A stretch of 64,000 bases of DNA from the IMG/VR virus record IMGVR_UViG_3300037486_000510, positions 13,287 to 77,286 of that record; one strand, written 5' to 3'. The notes beneath the pieces were generated by a model. The model was not told where the DNA came from. It ran no database searches and saw only the letters and a program-made list of their open reading frames with translations. The translations under genes were made by a program, and so were the position numbers. The DNA comes from a virus. Lineage: Duplodnaviria > Caudoviricetes. Position 1 is the stretch's first letter. The number at the start of each line of letters is the position of its first letter. Shown here one piece after another: positions 41,111 through 51,736 of this stretch.

Positions 41111-41841
41111 CTAAACAAGAATTAATAGATTATGTCAATAGAGAAATAACTGCATCTGCAGCGATTCCATTTTCTGTTCCTCCTATAGAAATCGAAAGAA
41201 TAATTGATTTGGAACAAAGATGGATGTATAGAGAGTATAGAGACGCTGTTCAAGATGCATGGTATGTATTAGATAAACATTATTATCTTACTGATGAGTG
41301 GAAACATACAAGAACCTTTCAATTACCTCCTTGCGTTTTAGCAATTAGATATGTGTATGAAATGACGTCGGGCCAAAGAGTTTTTGGTATACATGATCCA
41401 GATTTAACGTTTGATAGATTAATGGCTGCGGATCTTTATTTAACTCCATTATCTTCAGATCAAATAACTTATAGAACAATTCAATGGAGTTTTTGGGATT
41501 TAGCAAAACAATTCAACTTAAAAGATATTCAGCATCATTTTAATATTAATACGCATAGATTAATTATTACTGGTAGAGATCCTGCTGAATCTCTTTGGGT
41601 AACAACATTAAATGAAATACCAAAGGAAGATTTATATGAAGATCCAGTTTTTATAAAATGGATAATCGCAAAAGCTAAAATACAATTAGCAAGAATTATA
41701 GGAACATTTAATTATACACTTATCGGTGGCGTACAAATTAATTATGCAGATATACGAGCTGAAGGAAAAGAAGAATTAACAGAACTTAAAGAAAAAATTA
41801 GAACCGATAGTCCTGCCGACTGGTTTATGATGATCTCGTAA
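41107..41841 (+). CDS. gp13: Neck / head-tail adaptor, T4 gp13-like
   Basis: FQLPPCV, RLIITG, LYED..FIKWIIAKAKIQLARIIG.FNYTLIGGVQINY..I..EGKEE. Confidence 0.75.
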   Translation: MTKQELIDYVNREITASAAIPFSVPPIEIERIIDLEQRWMYREYRDAVQDAWYVLDKHYYLTDEWKHTRTFQLPPCVLAIRYVYEMTSGQRVFGIHDPDLTFDRLMAADLYLTPLSSDQITYRTIQWSFWDLAKQFNLKDIQHHFNINTHRLIITGRDPAESLWVTTLNEIPKEDLYEDPVFIKWIIAKAKIQLARIIGTFNYTLIGGVQINYADIRAEGKEELTELKEKIRTDSPADWFMMIS

Positions 41842-41889
41842 AATTATTTTTAAAAAATAGCTACTTCTGTATATAACAGATTAAAAAAT

Positions 41890-41915
41890 AAGGGAGAATG
41901 TCTCCCTTTCGTTTT
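41890..41915 (+). terminator. Intrinsic terminator
   Basis: AAGGGAGA-ATG-TCTCCCTT then TCGTTTT. Confidence 0.7.
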
Positions 41916-41922
41916 ATAGAAG

Positions 41923-41934
41923 ATATATAAAATA
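41923..41934 (+). promoter_or_regulatory. Late-type promoter ATATATAAAATA for baseplate genes
   Basis: Same motif precedes starts at 12566, 14285, 23082, 36708, 37120, 61084. Confidence 0.7.
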
Positions 41935-41942
41935 AAAAGTAA

Positions 41943-42305
41943 ATGATTAAAGAAATCTACACTAGAAATCCCGAAGATCCCAATTTTCAATATGGTATTT
42001 TGGAGCATTCAGATACAGTAGAGTCTATTATTACTAAAGCAAAAATGATATTAGGCACTAGACAAGGTCAAACAATAGGTGATTTAAATTTTGGTGTAGG
42101 CTTAGAAGATTTAATCTTTGAAACGAGAGTAAACAAAAATCAATTAGAAGAAAAAATTATATCGCAATTTAATCAATATATATCTGAAACTAAAGATTAT
42201 AAAGTTGTACCTCAAGTTTCTTTTGGAAAAGCGGAGGGGTACGATTATGCTATAATAGACATTTATATAAATGATCAACGTACTATAGGAATTTTAGTAA
42301 AATAA
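41943..42305 (+). CDS. gp25: Baseplate wedge subunit, gp25-like
   Basis: MILGTRQG..IGDLNFGVGLEDLIFE; size 120 aa; upstream of gp6-like gene. Confidence 0.8.
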   Translation: MIKEIYTRNPEDPNFQYGILEHSDTVESIITKAKMILGTRQGQTIGDLNFGVGLEDLIFETRVNKNQLEEKIISQFNQYISETKDYKVVPQVSFGKAEGYDYAIIDIYINDQRTIGILVK

Positions 42306-42315
42306 TAAAAAATAA

Positions 42316-44211
42316 ATGAAAATATTTGATACAACTCGCATTAGATTCTCTGAATTATATTATGATGCAATAGAATTTATAAAAACCAGTTATAGTGAAT
42401 TGGGCCAATATTTTACAATGGCATCTCCTATGGGGCAATTACTTCAGGTGATGTTGCAATATGGAAGAATGATTCTATATTATGTAGAAGATTCTATAAC
42501 TGAATTAAATATAAAAACTGCATCTAGACCACAAAGTATAAAAGGTTTAGCTACTTTAACTGGTCATAGTCCATCTAGAGCTATTGCAGCAAGAGGAACA
42601 ATATCTATATCTCATAATGGCACAAAATTACCAACATATTCAAATATTTTAACTATTCCAAATTATACTAAGATTTCAAGTAATGAAAATGGCTTAACTT
42701 ATACAGTTGTATTACCGGGTGAAGAAGCTCATTTAGATTTGACGAGTCCAGTCAATTCTTTAGATTTAAATATAATTCAGGGAACAGTTGAATTTCAACA
42801 AGCAACTGGTACCGGTGATCCACTTCAATCGTTTAATTTTCAAAACAAAAAAGGTTCAACAATAGATAATTATTTTGTAAGTGTATATGTTGATGGAAAA
42901 AAATGGCAAACAGTAGATTCTATTTTAGATATGCCATTTAATCAAGAAGCAGTAATGATAAAAACCGGCCAAACAGGCGGAATAGATATTTTCTTTGGAA
43001 ACGGTTATAATGGAGCTGTTCCTCGACTAGGTTCAATAATATTATTAGAATATCTTATTACTGACGGAGCTGCAGGAAATTTAAATACAATGGCAAGTAA
43101 TACGGCAAATTCTTGGAATTTTACCACAAAAGGAATAGCTCTTAATGGAGAGGAAGTAGATATTAACAAATACGTTAATGTATACGTTAAAAATTCAATA
43201 ATGTTTGGAGCAATGGAAGAACCGTTATATTTAACTAGATTATTGACTCCAAGAGTATCAAGGAGTTTTGTTCTAGCAAATGAAAATAATTATATTTATT
43301 TTCTTAAAAAATTAAACATGTTTACTCTTATAGATGCTATACCAGGATTTGAAACATTTGAAGATCAATATATGCTAGATAAATACAATCAAGCAAAAAC
43401 AACTTATGAAAATATAAATGAAGAATATAGAAATTTAATTTCTACGTATGGTGTAAATTCTGGTTTAGCAACTTCTAAAAAGGCTGAATTAGATCGTGCT
43501 CAACAACAATTATATTATTATCAAGAAAGACTTGCTGAGCAAAAATTAGATGATAATACAGTATATTTATATTTAGTTCCTGATATTTCTAAAAGATTAC
43601 CTTCATCTGAAAATTATTATACGTGTAGTACTGCTGTATTTGCTTTATCTTTAGGAGAAAAAACAGCAATTTTGGATTTAATTGAACAAAGTGGACAAAG
43701 AATTTTAACAGTTGATAATGTAATATTGGATTTAAAACATCCAAGATTTACTTTAAATATGTCATTAATATTATGGGAAGGAACTACTTATGATACAGTT
43801 AGACAAAGTATTATAAATAAAACATCTTCATATTTTACACAAACTACTAGAAGAGATAGAATTCCTGTATCTGATTTAATTAAAATAATTGAAAGTATTG
43901 ATGGTGTAGATTCTGTAAATGTTTGGTTTGACGCAGACGCTGAAAATTTAAAAATTTATAGAACTCATTATGGAATAGATGATTACGGAGATATAATTCT
44001 TGAAAGATATATAAAAGATGCATTCGGTAAAGAAGTTCCTATTAGAGACATTTATCCTTTAATTCGTGGAGGATTTGAAAATGAATTAGGAGTTTATTAT
44101 GAAGATAGTTTAACAAAAAATAAATTATCAACTTTAAATATTCAAGTAAGAGGGTACACTTCTAAAAACTTAAATTCAGAAACAAACATAACAATTATGA
44201 ATAATTTATAA
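42316..44211 (+). CDS. gp6: Baseplate wedge subunit, gp6-like (baseplate J family)
   Basis: SIKGLATLTGHSPSRAIAARG, IDIFFGNG.NG..P..GSII..EYLITDGAAGN. Confidence 0.8.
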   Translation: MKIFDTTRIRFSELYYDAIEFIKTSYSELGQYFTMASPMGQLLQVMLQYGRMILYYVEDSITELNIKTASRPQSIKGLATLTGHSPSRAIAARGTISISHNGTKLPTYSNILTIPNYTKISSNENGLTYTVVLPGEEAHLDLTSPVNSLDLNIIQGTVEFQQATGTGDPLQSFNFQNKKGSTIDNYFVSVYVDGKKWQTVDSILDMPFNQEAVMIKTGQTGGIDIFFGNGYNGAVPRLGSIILLEYLITDGAAGNLNTMASNTANSWNFTTKGIALNGEEVDINKYVNVYVKNSIMFGAMEEPLYLTRLLTPRVSRSFVLANENNYIYFLKKLNMFTLIDAIPGFETFEDQYMLDKYNQAKTTYENINEEYRNLISTYGVNSGLATSKKAELDRAQQQLYYYQERLAEQKLDDNTVYLYLVPDISKRLPSSENYYTCSTAVFALSLGEKTAILDLIEQSGQRILTVDNVILDLKHPRFTLNMSLILWEGTTYDTVRQSIINKTSSYFTQTTRRDRIPVSDLIKIIESIDGVDSVNVWFDADAENLKIYRTHYGIDDYGDIILERYIKDAFGKEVPIRDIYPLIRGGFENELGVYYEDSLTKNKLSTLNIQVRGYTSKNLNSETNITIMNNL

Positions 44212-44215
44212 TAAT

Positions 44216-44479
44216 ATGGCAAGAAGAAGCTTATATACTGTAAGAGAATCATATTTAAATCAAGCAAAACATATAAATGATGTATTTTTGAATTTAGGAT
44301 ATGATTATAGAGGAAACATACTTAAGAAGGGAACTTCTCCAGAATTGTGGGCAAATCCTTTGCAAGATTCTAATTATTTAACTTTAGAAGGTATGATAAC
44401 ATTTATTTTAGAACAAGCCAAATATGTTAAAAAGTGGTTTTCTATAGCACATGACAAAAATACTACTCTTATAAATTAA
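44216..44479 (+). CDS. Small baseplate-region protein
   Basis: 87 aa between gp6-like and gp7-like genes with 2-4 nt gaps. Confidence 0.7.
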   Translation: MARRSLYTVRESYLNQAKHINDVFLNLGYDYRGNILKKGTSPELWANPLQDSNYLTLEGMITFILEQAKYVKKWFSIAHDKNTTLIN

Positions 44480-44481
44480 CC

Positions 44482-47400
44482 ATGAATATAGCTAACTGGA
44501 TAATATTTGACAAAAAAGGGAGTCCATTAAATTGGCAGTCAGATCCTTATATTTTACTGCAATTTACAGATGCATCTGGCGTAGGCGCTGAAGGATTTTT
44601 AATCTCAGATCCAAGTGGTTATATTTCAGGCGCCGAAATTACTAACAGTGGATATTCATATACTATAACTGATACTAGTATATCGTATACATATTTATTA
44701 GGTAGTGGCACAGCAATATCTCCTGCAGATGTTACAATTACAGCCAAAGATATTTCAATTTTTAATCCTGAAGGTTCTACTGTACAAGGTATAGACAGCT
44801 TAGCAATTTCTTTAGATACGAGTGGATTTATTTATCCATCGGTTACGTATGCTGGCGCTATATTTCTTGAACCTGTTTCACAGGGGCTGGTAGAAACAGA
44901 ACATCTTTTTATACTTGAACAAATAGATTCATCAGTTTATATTAGACCACAAGATACAACTCATTCTATACTTATATTTAGAATGATGGGAGATGATAAT
45001 GAAATTTCATTTTTTGAAGTAGATGATGATCAAGTAGAAATTACATGGGTTGATGAATTAATATTTGATACAGCTACGTATGTTTCTAATACGCCTATAA
45101 CGCTTAACATAGGATTTAGATCAGAATATGAAGGTATCTTTGAGAGAACTATACGAGTTTATCATCAAATTGGAGATGTTCTTTATACATTAGCTGACAT
45201 TGTAGTAAATGCTGAAGCTATTGGAGAAGATGAAAGATTTAGAACTTTAATTAATAATTTTGGAGCGCCAGATCCAGTAGATTTTCCTTCTCTTTTTAAA
45301 GAAGTAGATATTAATGAAGATCTCCCTGATTGGAAAGTTATTAATCCAAAATCAAAACATATGATTTTGGAATATGATCAAATTGTACCATATATTGGTA
45401 CATATAAAGCACTTATAAATGCAATAAAATGGTTAGGCTACGATGATGTATATATACGTGAATGGTTTAGAGATGTAAAAGAACATAGAAAATTATCGTT
45501 TATCGTTCCTTATGATGCGCATGATAGATTACAAACTATTTTACAATTTAGTGCTGAAGCTCGAACACATCTTAAAAAACTAAACCAATTATCTTTATTC
45601 TATTGTTTAACAAGAGAAACTGGGCAAATAGATGATTGGGGTACGCCGTTGACAGAAAATTGCTATACTTATAATATTAAAGAAATATTTATTAAATTAT
45701 GTGCTTTAAAAAAATGGTTAGAAAGAAATATTATAGGCGTAAATTGTCGAATAATTGACATTACAGGAGAAGGAATATATTTTGAAAGAATTCAGAATTT
45801 AATTTATGCTACAGATAATATAGGTTTCAATTATAATGTTTCTCAAACTTTAACGCCTTATGCGTTAGAAGAAAATTCTGAATTAATACATGGTGATGCA
45901 AGTTTAAATCTTACATTTTTAGAATTATCAAGAACACGCATTTTAGATTTACCATATCGTTTTATTGATATGGCAGAATATGCATGGAATCCATCAACTC
46001 CAACAGTTTATTATTCTCTTGCTGATCCTGCTTATTTAGCTGATCCTAGTAGTTTTCTATTAGTGGGAGCAACTTTTCAATATCCATTTATCAACATTAA
46101 TGAAATAATGTGGAAATTATCTGTTGAAAAAGATTTTGCAGGAGTTATTGGAAACACATTAGTTACAAAACCGTTATTTGTTCTTGAAAATGATATTAGA
46201 TATTATAATATACTTGATGTGTCTTCAATATTTTTTGATACATCTACTCATTTAACAATATATCTTGAAAAAGCATATCTAAGAGATCCAAGTATTGATG
46301 TATGGACAGATTCGATAGCATATTCAATTTATCCAAATCCATATATGTATTTAGATGCATCATATTCAAAAACAATAGTCTTATCAGGAGAATATACAAT
46401 AACATCAGGAAAAGGAACAATTTATCAGTTAGATGCATCAGAAACATACAATTTATTAGGCGTTGATACTTATTCGTTTACTGTTGATACAAGCGTAGTT
46501 ATATTAACTGATACTTCTACGATAATATTGACCCCCGATGTATATGATTATGTAATGGAAACATCTACGGGAACCATTATATCATTTGACGACTATGTAT
46601 CGTTTAATCCCGCTATTTCTAGTTTACTTCAATATGCATATAATGATAATTATCATATTCCGCTTCTTAGTTTTAAATATTATGATACTATAGATAAAAA
46701 TGCAACAAGAATATCTTTAGGAGATAAATTATATCATCTAGATATTCTTGATGGTAAAATAGAGATGAATGCTGGAATGCTAACTCCTGCTACTTCTTCT
46801 GATAATCTTATAATGTATATAAATTGGAATTATGATACGAGTTTAGAAGAACAAATGATTACTGTAAATGCTGTTTATAATTCTCCTCGTATGAAATTAT
46901 ATCAAGTAGATCCTGCTGCTTATTATGCGGGAGATCCATCTGGATTAACGGGGGGAAATGCTGCAAATATAATGACTATAGATAACAGTATTTATCGAAT
47001 GCACGTAAATCATATAGGAAAATATAATGTAGAATTATTTGCTTGGGACTCATATAACACTATGTTTTATAATCCGACAAAAGAAGATTATTTAGTATGG
47101 ATTAAATATCCAACAATTTATGCGTTAACTGAAAGTGCTACTTTATTGAATAAAGATGCTAGTATTTTTATGTCAATGAATGATGTCAGTATTTTAATAT
47201 CAAATAATAAATATCCTATTTTTGATAAAATCATACCGTTACAGGGATTAACTATACAATATAATGAAGGTGGAAAACCGTATGTTAATGTTCCTTCAAT
47301 TACATATTTTCAAGATGTTCCAGAATCTGGCTCTCTTAATAGATTCTATAATTTAACTGAAAGAGTTTTGACAATTTCTGGAGTTACTGTTACAATTGAT

Positions 47401-48297
47401 CCAGATTTTCAAAAATTTATTTCAGGTGATGATGTTAAATTAGTAAAATTCGACAAGCAAAGAAATACCATAACACAAGAAGTTGCAGCTCATATAAATA
47501 CTGCTGTTGGAAATACCCTTACGTTATCTTCGGGTACTACAGTAACAGTAGATGCTTCAAGCGAAGTTTATATTTTAAATGATACTTATAGAGCTGTAAC
47601 AAATGCATCAAATAACAGTATATCAACTTCTATCATAGATATTGTAGATGCTTCATTTGCAACTACTCAGATGATTGGAATAATTGTTAATGATGGATGC
47701 ACTGGATATACTTGGGGCGCTTCTTATAGAATTCAAAGTGTTATTGGAAATACTCATACACTAGATGCCAATATTCCTGAATATTTTATAAATAATCTTG
47801 GAAGATTTACAATTCAAGCGAAATATGCATTTTCAACATATTCAAATATGTTATTTGAAACTGATAGCGCAACTGAAGTTGATAATAACTTCAAAATATA
47901 TTTAAAAAATTCGTATTGTCAAGAAAAATATTTAGATAATACATTTATATATGCTAATATTTTATTTGATCATGATAGAGTTAATTTAGATTGGTATGAT
48001 ACTTCATGTGGATTAGATATATCAACCTTTTATTATTATAGCAGCCCTATATCAATTGATACTAGTACTATAGTAATATTAAGAGCATTATATGATCCAA
48101 GTACCTATCTTTTAAATCAAAAAAATATATGGACTGTAAGATACCATGATACTAATAAAGTTTTATTTAAAGTATTTAATAGTGATGTAGCCTATGTATT
48201 TTCAGAAGCTGGAACATATAACGTAGAATGTATTTCTTATGATAGTTATGGAAATGCAATTACTAAATTATATGAAGGCTTTGTAAAAGTCGAGTAA
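44482..48297 (+). CDS. Large baseplate wedge protein (gp7-like)
   Basis: YIGTYKALINAIKWLGY..VYIREW core; position after gp6; about 26 D-x-S motifs outside the core. Confidence 0.6.
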   Translation: MNIANWIIFDKKGSPLNWQSDPYILLQFTDASGVGAEGFLISDPSGYISGAEITNSGYSYTITDTSISYTYLLGSGTAISPADVTITAKDISIFNPEGSTVQGIDSLAISLDTSGFIYPSVTYAGAIFLEPVSQGLVETEHLFILEQIDSSVYIRPQDTTHSILIFRMMGDDNEISFFEVDDDQVEITWVDELIFDTATYVSNTPITLNIGFRSEYEGIFERTIRVYHQIGDVLYTLADIVVNAEAIGEDERFRTLINNFGAPDPVDFPSLFKEVDINEDLPDWKVINPKSKHMILEYDQIVPYIGTYKALINAIKWLGYDDVYIREWFRDVKEHRKLSFIVPYDAHDRLQTILQFSAEARTHLKKLNQLSLFYCLTRETGQIDDWGTPLTENCYTYNIKEIFIKLCALKKWLERNIIGVNCRIIDITGEGIYFERIQNLIYATDNIGFNYNVSQTLTPYALEENSELIHGDASLNLTFLELSRTRILDLPYRFIDMAEYAWNPSTPTVYYSLADPAYLADPSSFLLVGATFQYPFININEIMWKLSVEKDFAGVIGNTLVTKPLFVLENDIRYYNILDVSSIFFDTSTHLTIYLEKAYLRDPSIDVWTDSIAYSIYPNPYMYLDASYSKTIVLSGEYTITSGKGTIYQLDASETYNLLGVDTYSFTVDTSVVILTDTSTIILTPDVYDYVMETSTGTIISFDDYVSFNPAISSLLQYAYNDNYHIPLLSFKYYDTIDKNATRISLGDKLYHLDILDGKIEMNAGMLTPATSSDNLIMYINWNYDTSLEEQMITVNAVYNSPRMKLYQVDPAAYYAGDPSGLTGGNAANIMTIDNSIYRMHVNHIGKYNVELFAWDSYNTMFYNPTKEDYLVWIKYPTIYALTESATLLNKDASIFMSMNDVSILISNNKYPIFDKIIPLQGLTIQYNEGGKPYVNVPSITYFQDVPESGSLNRFYNLTERVLTISGVTVTIDPDFQKFISGDDVKLVKFDKQRNTITQEVAAHINTAVGNTLTLSSGTTVTVDASSEVYILNDTYRAVTNASNNSISTSIIDIVDASFATTQMIGIIVNDGCTGYTWGASYRIQSVIGNTHTLDANIPEYFINNLGRFTIQAKYAFSTYSNMLFETDSATEVDNNFKIYLKNSYCQEKYLDNTFIYANILFDHDRVNLDWYDTSCGLDISTFYYYSSPISIDTSTIVILRALYDPSTYLLNQKNIWTVRYHDTNKVLFKVFNSDVAYVFSEAGTYNVECISYDSYGNAITKLYEGFVKVE

Positions 48298-48299
48298 TC

Positions 48300-51107
48300 A
48301 TGGATAATAAATTAATATTAAGACCTTCTTCTGGCAGTACAAGAAAATTACAATTAAAAAATTTATGGACTGTTTCTCGTAAATTAATATTGCGAGCTGT
48401 AAATTATTTGTTCGGTTCGCCTCCAACCGTTATAACAACAGATCCGGTTACAAATATTTCTTCGTATAGTGCTACAGGGGGTGGTAATGTAACTGATGAT
48501 GGTGGATGGCCTTATACTGAAAGAGGCATATGCTGGGATACATCTATAAATCCTACTATATTATATTATGTACAAATGGATACTTCGTTTGGCGAAGGAA
48601 CATATACGTGTGTAATGAATAATTTAGAGCCTTCAACCCTTTATTATATTAGAGCATTAGCAGCTAATACTCGTGGTTTAACTTATGGACAAGATGTTTC
48701 ATTTTACACGTTACCAGTAACGGGTGGAGATTCAGCACTATATGTTGGAATAGGAACTATTTATGGTACTACAGATACTACATCAATTGTTGTCGCTTAT
48801 GTTACTTATACAGGCAGTATTACGCCAGTTTATAGAGGAGCGTGTTGGTCTTCTTCTACTACAATGCCTACCGTAACTGATAGTTCTATACGAGATACAA
48901 GTACCGGCGCTGGAACGTATTATAATTATTTATCTGGATTAACGCCAGATACAACTTATTATGTAAGAGCCTTTGCATATAATAACGCGCAATTAGTTTA
49001 TAGTTATAATCAACCTTTTACTACAGCTGCAGCGTATCCGCAGACAACTGCTCCAGGCGTATCTACATTGTCTCCGTATAATGTTTCTACCGGCAGCGCA
49101 ACTTTGGGTGGCTATGTTTATTCAGAAGGCAACGCTCCGCCTGTTTATCGTGGAGTTTGTTATGGTCTTTATAGTTCTCCTACTATTAATGATGCTTCGG
49201 CTCTGGATTACGCAACTGGATTATCTAATTATTTCATTACCGTATCAGGATTAAATCCTTCTACATATTATTATACTCGAGCATTTGCTTGGAATTCTAT
49301 AGGATTATCTTATGGAAGTAACTATACATTTACAACATCAACTTCAACTGGTTCTATATCTTTACCAAGTGTAGTCGTGGTAGATGTAACTGATATTTCT
49401 ACATCTTCTGCTAAATTTACTGGAAACGTAACTAGTACTGGCGGTGCAACTACATATAGAGGAGCGTGTTGGTCTGCCGAACACGGCTATCCTACTATAG
49501 CCGATTCTTCTATACAATCTGGTAGTACTGGATCGGGATATTACGATGTTTCTATAACAGGATTAGACTGTTCAACAACATATGCTGTTAGAGCATTTGC
49601 TTGGAATTCAGCAGGAATAATATACGGATCTAAACCCCCGGCCTCTATTTATTCATTCAACACTCCAGCATGTTCTCTTATTACGTCTGCGCCAGTTGTT
49701 GAAACTGTTAGTGTTGTAAATATAGGATATACTGAAGCATCAGTAAATGGAAATGTAACACACGATGGAAGTATTGCTACAGTGTATAAAGGCATTTGTT
49801 GGGCAACACATGTAGATCCTAATAGATCAACAGACAATCATACCGTTACATCTGGGGGAGAAGGCGCTTTTACTCATAAGGCAATTTATTTAAGTCCAGG
49901 CACACTTTATCATACTAGAGCTTACGCATATAATACAGTTGGAACTAGTTACGGAATAGATATTTCATTTAATACATTAACATCTTCATACACTGCGCCA
50001 ACTGTAATAACTTCTCCGGCTACAAATGTACTTGCAACATCTGCTACTACAGGAGGAAATGTAACACACGATGGTTACGTTACACTTACATATAGAGGAA
50101 TTTGTATAAGTACAAGTGCAAATCCTACTGTATTAGATACTTCTATACGACATGCAGAAACAGGAGAAGGTGTATATGCTTGCCAATTTTCTAATTTAAC
50201 ATCCAATACGACATATTATTCTCGAGCATTTGCTTATAATTCAGAAGGCATATCCTATGGCGCAGATGCATCATTTTATACTTTGCTTACATCTCCCGAA
50301 ATAAAATCAATACACGAAGGATATTACCAAGATACTGCAACATATTATATCCCAACGAACGCATCAGCTGGTGATTTTATCATAGGAGTTTTAACAACAA
50401 AAAAAGACGCTCAATGGTTAAGTCTGCATAACAACACAACCGCTAATTTTAATATAGCGTTGAGACAAACTATGTCTAATCCAATAATATTATATGATAC
50501 GCCGATGCGTTCTATTTTATATTATGGAATATCTACCGGAATAAATGATAATTTAACTATTAAATCAACAATGTATGATGAAGACGGCACTGCATTTTCT
50601 AGCGATGCAAGAAGCTTAACATATGTTATAAAAAATCACAATGTAAATTCAGTTGACCCGACTGATCATCAATTTAATTGGAACTGCACTGCAGGTTACG
50701 GAATTTTTACTCCTGTTGGCGGAGAGCATAGTGTAACAGAGTTATATTCAGATTATCTTGCAGCTAAAACTATTAAAGGCGCTAATCAGCTTTCGCCATC
50801 ATTATATATAAGATTTTTATCACATAATACGACAGCGGTAATGATAAGTCATAATAGCTGGGTAGTACAACCTACCGCTGGATTTTCTCTTAATGCGTAT
50901 AATATGAGAACCGCGTATTGGAATGTAGGCGAGGGTCAAGCTTCTATAGCAGGATGTTCAAGAATAACTACAGATACATCTGTAAGCGCCAATTATTGGA
51001 ATGTAAAAGTAGATTTTGATAAAGACAAATGTTACGTAACTGATGATGGAAATCTTGTTAATGAAGGGTACAACATATACATCGATATATGTTTTACAAT
51101 AGGTTAA
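48300..51107 (+). CDS. Fibre protein with six FN3-like repeats
   Basis: 6x PxVxT...GxVxxxG...YRG[IAV]C...YYxRA[FY]A[YW]NxxG..YG. Confidence 0.85.
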   Translation: MDNKLILRPSSGSTRKLQLKNLWTVSRKLILRAVNYLFGSPPTVITTDPVTNISSYSATGGGNVTDDGGWPYTERGICWDTSINPTILYYVQMDTSFGEGTYTCVMNNLEPSTLYYIRALAANTRGLTYGQDVSFYTLPVTGGDSALYVGIGTIYGTTDTTSIVVAYVTYTGSITPVYRGACWSSSTTMPTVTDSSIRDTSTGAGTYYNYLSGLTPDTTYYVRAFAYNNAQLVYSYNQPFTTAAAYPQTTAPGVSTLSPYNVSTGSATLGGYVYSEGNAPPVYRGVCYGLYSSPTINDASALDYATGLSNYFITVSGLNPSTYYYTRAFAWNSIGLSYGSNYTFTTSTSTGSISLPSVVVVDVTDISTSSAKFTGNVTSTGGATTYRGACWSAEHGYPTIADSSIQSGSTGSGYYDVSITGLDCSTTYAVRAFAWNSAGIIYGSKPPASIYSFNTPACSLITSAPVVETVSVVNIGYTEASVNGNVTHDGSIATVYKGICWATHVDPNRSTDNHTVTSGGEGAFTHKAIYLSPGTLYHTRAYAYNTVGTSYGIDISFNTLTSSYTAPTVITSPATNVLATSATTGGNVTHDGYVTLTYRGICISTSANPTVLDTSIRHAETGEGVYACQFSNLTSNTTYYSRAFAYNSEGISYGADASFYTLLTSPEIKSIHEGYYQDTATYYIPTNASAGDFIIGVLTTKKDAQWLSLHNNTTANFNIALRQTMSNPIILYDTPMRSILYYGISTGINDNLTIKSTMYDEDGTAFSSDARSLTYVIKNHNVNSVDPTDHQFNWNCTAGYGIFTPVGGEHSVTELYSDYLAAKTIKGANQLSPSLYIRFLSHNTTAVMISHNSWVVQPTAGFSLNAYNMRTAYWNVGEGQASIAGCSRITTDTSVSANYWNVKVDFDKDKCYVTDDGNLVNEGYNIYIDICFTIG

Positions 51108-51110
51108 ACT

Positions 51111-51165
51111 TTAACAAAATTTTAACATTCGTATAAAAACTACACATACTCTGATGAATATATAG
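51111..51165 (+). promoter_or_regulatory. Composite promoter TTAACA-N5-TTAACA-N8-AAAACT-N16-ATATATAG upstream of Hsp20
   Basis: Spacing identical to 1610-1664. Confidence 0.7.
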
Positions 51166-51234
51166 TTTAAAATAATTGACCTGACGGCGATTATTAATTA
51201 AAGCTTAGGCTTAATAAACTAAAATTAATTCATT

Positions 51235-51242
51235 TAAGGAGG
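51235..51242 (+). promoter_or_regulatory. Strong Shine-Dalgarno TAAGGAGG
   Basis: 8 nt before Hsp20 ATG; no comparable SD seen before other genes. Confidence 0.8.
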
Positions 51243-51250
51243 ATTAAACT

Positions 51251-51736
51251 ATGACAACACAATTAGCTAGATTTTTAGATCACAACATGTCCGAACCATG
51301 GGACTTATTATTCAAAGATCTCTTTAACAGAGATTCATTATTTATGCCGGTGATAAACACCAAAGCATCTTATCCAACAGACATTTATGAAGACGAAAAA
51401 TCAGTGACTATAGAAGTTGCTGCTGCTGGTCTTGATAAAGATGATATCCAAATTGAAGAACAGGATGGTCTTCTTAGTATTTCTTACGAAAAAAGTGAAG
51501 AAACAAAGAATGAAGAACCAAACTATATTCAAAAAGGAATTGCAAAAAGATCTTTCTGCTTAAGCTGGAAGTTCTCAGATAAATTCGACCTTACTAACAT
51601 TGAGGCTACTATGGAAAAGGGAATTTTAAAAATCAATATTCCTAAAACCGAAGAAAAGCCTATTATTAAGAATACGATAAAAATCAAGGAACTTGCAGGC
51701 GCAAAAGAATCAACAAACAAAAAACTAAATAAATAA
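51251..51736 (+). CDS. hsp20: Small heat-shock protein Hsp20
   Basis: PTDIYED...IEVAAAGLDKDDIQI...LSISYEK...KGIAKRSF...IEATMEKGILKINIPK alpha-crystallin domain. Confidence 0.95.
   Translation: MTTQLARFLDHNMSEPWDLLFKDLFNRDSLFMPVINTKASYPTDIYEDEKSVTIEVAAAGLDKDDIQIEEQDGLLSISYEKSEETKNEEPNYIQKGIAKRSFCLSWKFSDKFDLTNIEATMEKGILKINIPKTEEKPIIKNTIKIKELAGAKESTNKKLNK

Noticed and set aside
14309-48297. D-x-S as the host Bacteroidota O-glycosylation sequon
   Set aside because: The host sequon has Ser/Thr at +1 with an aliphatic +2 and acts in the periplasm; the motif here has Ser at +2
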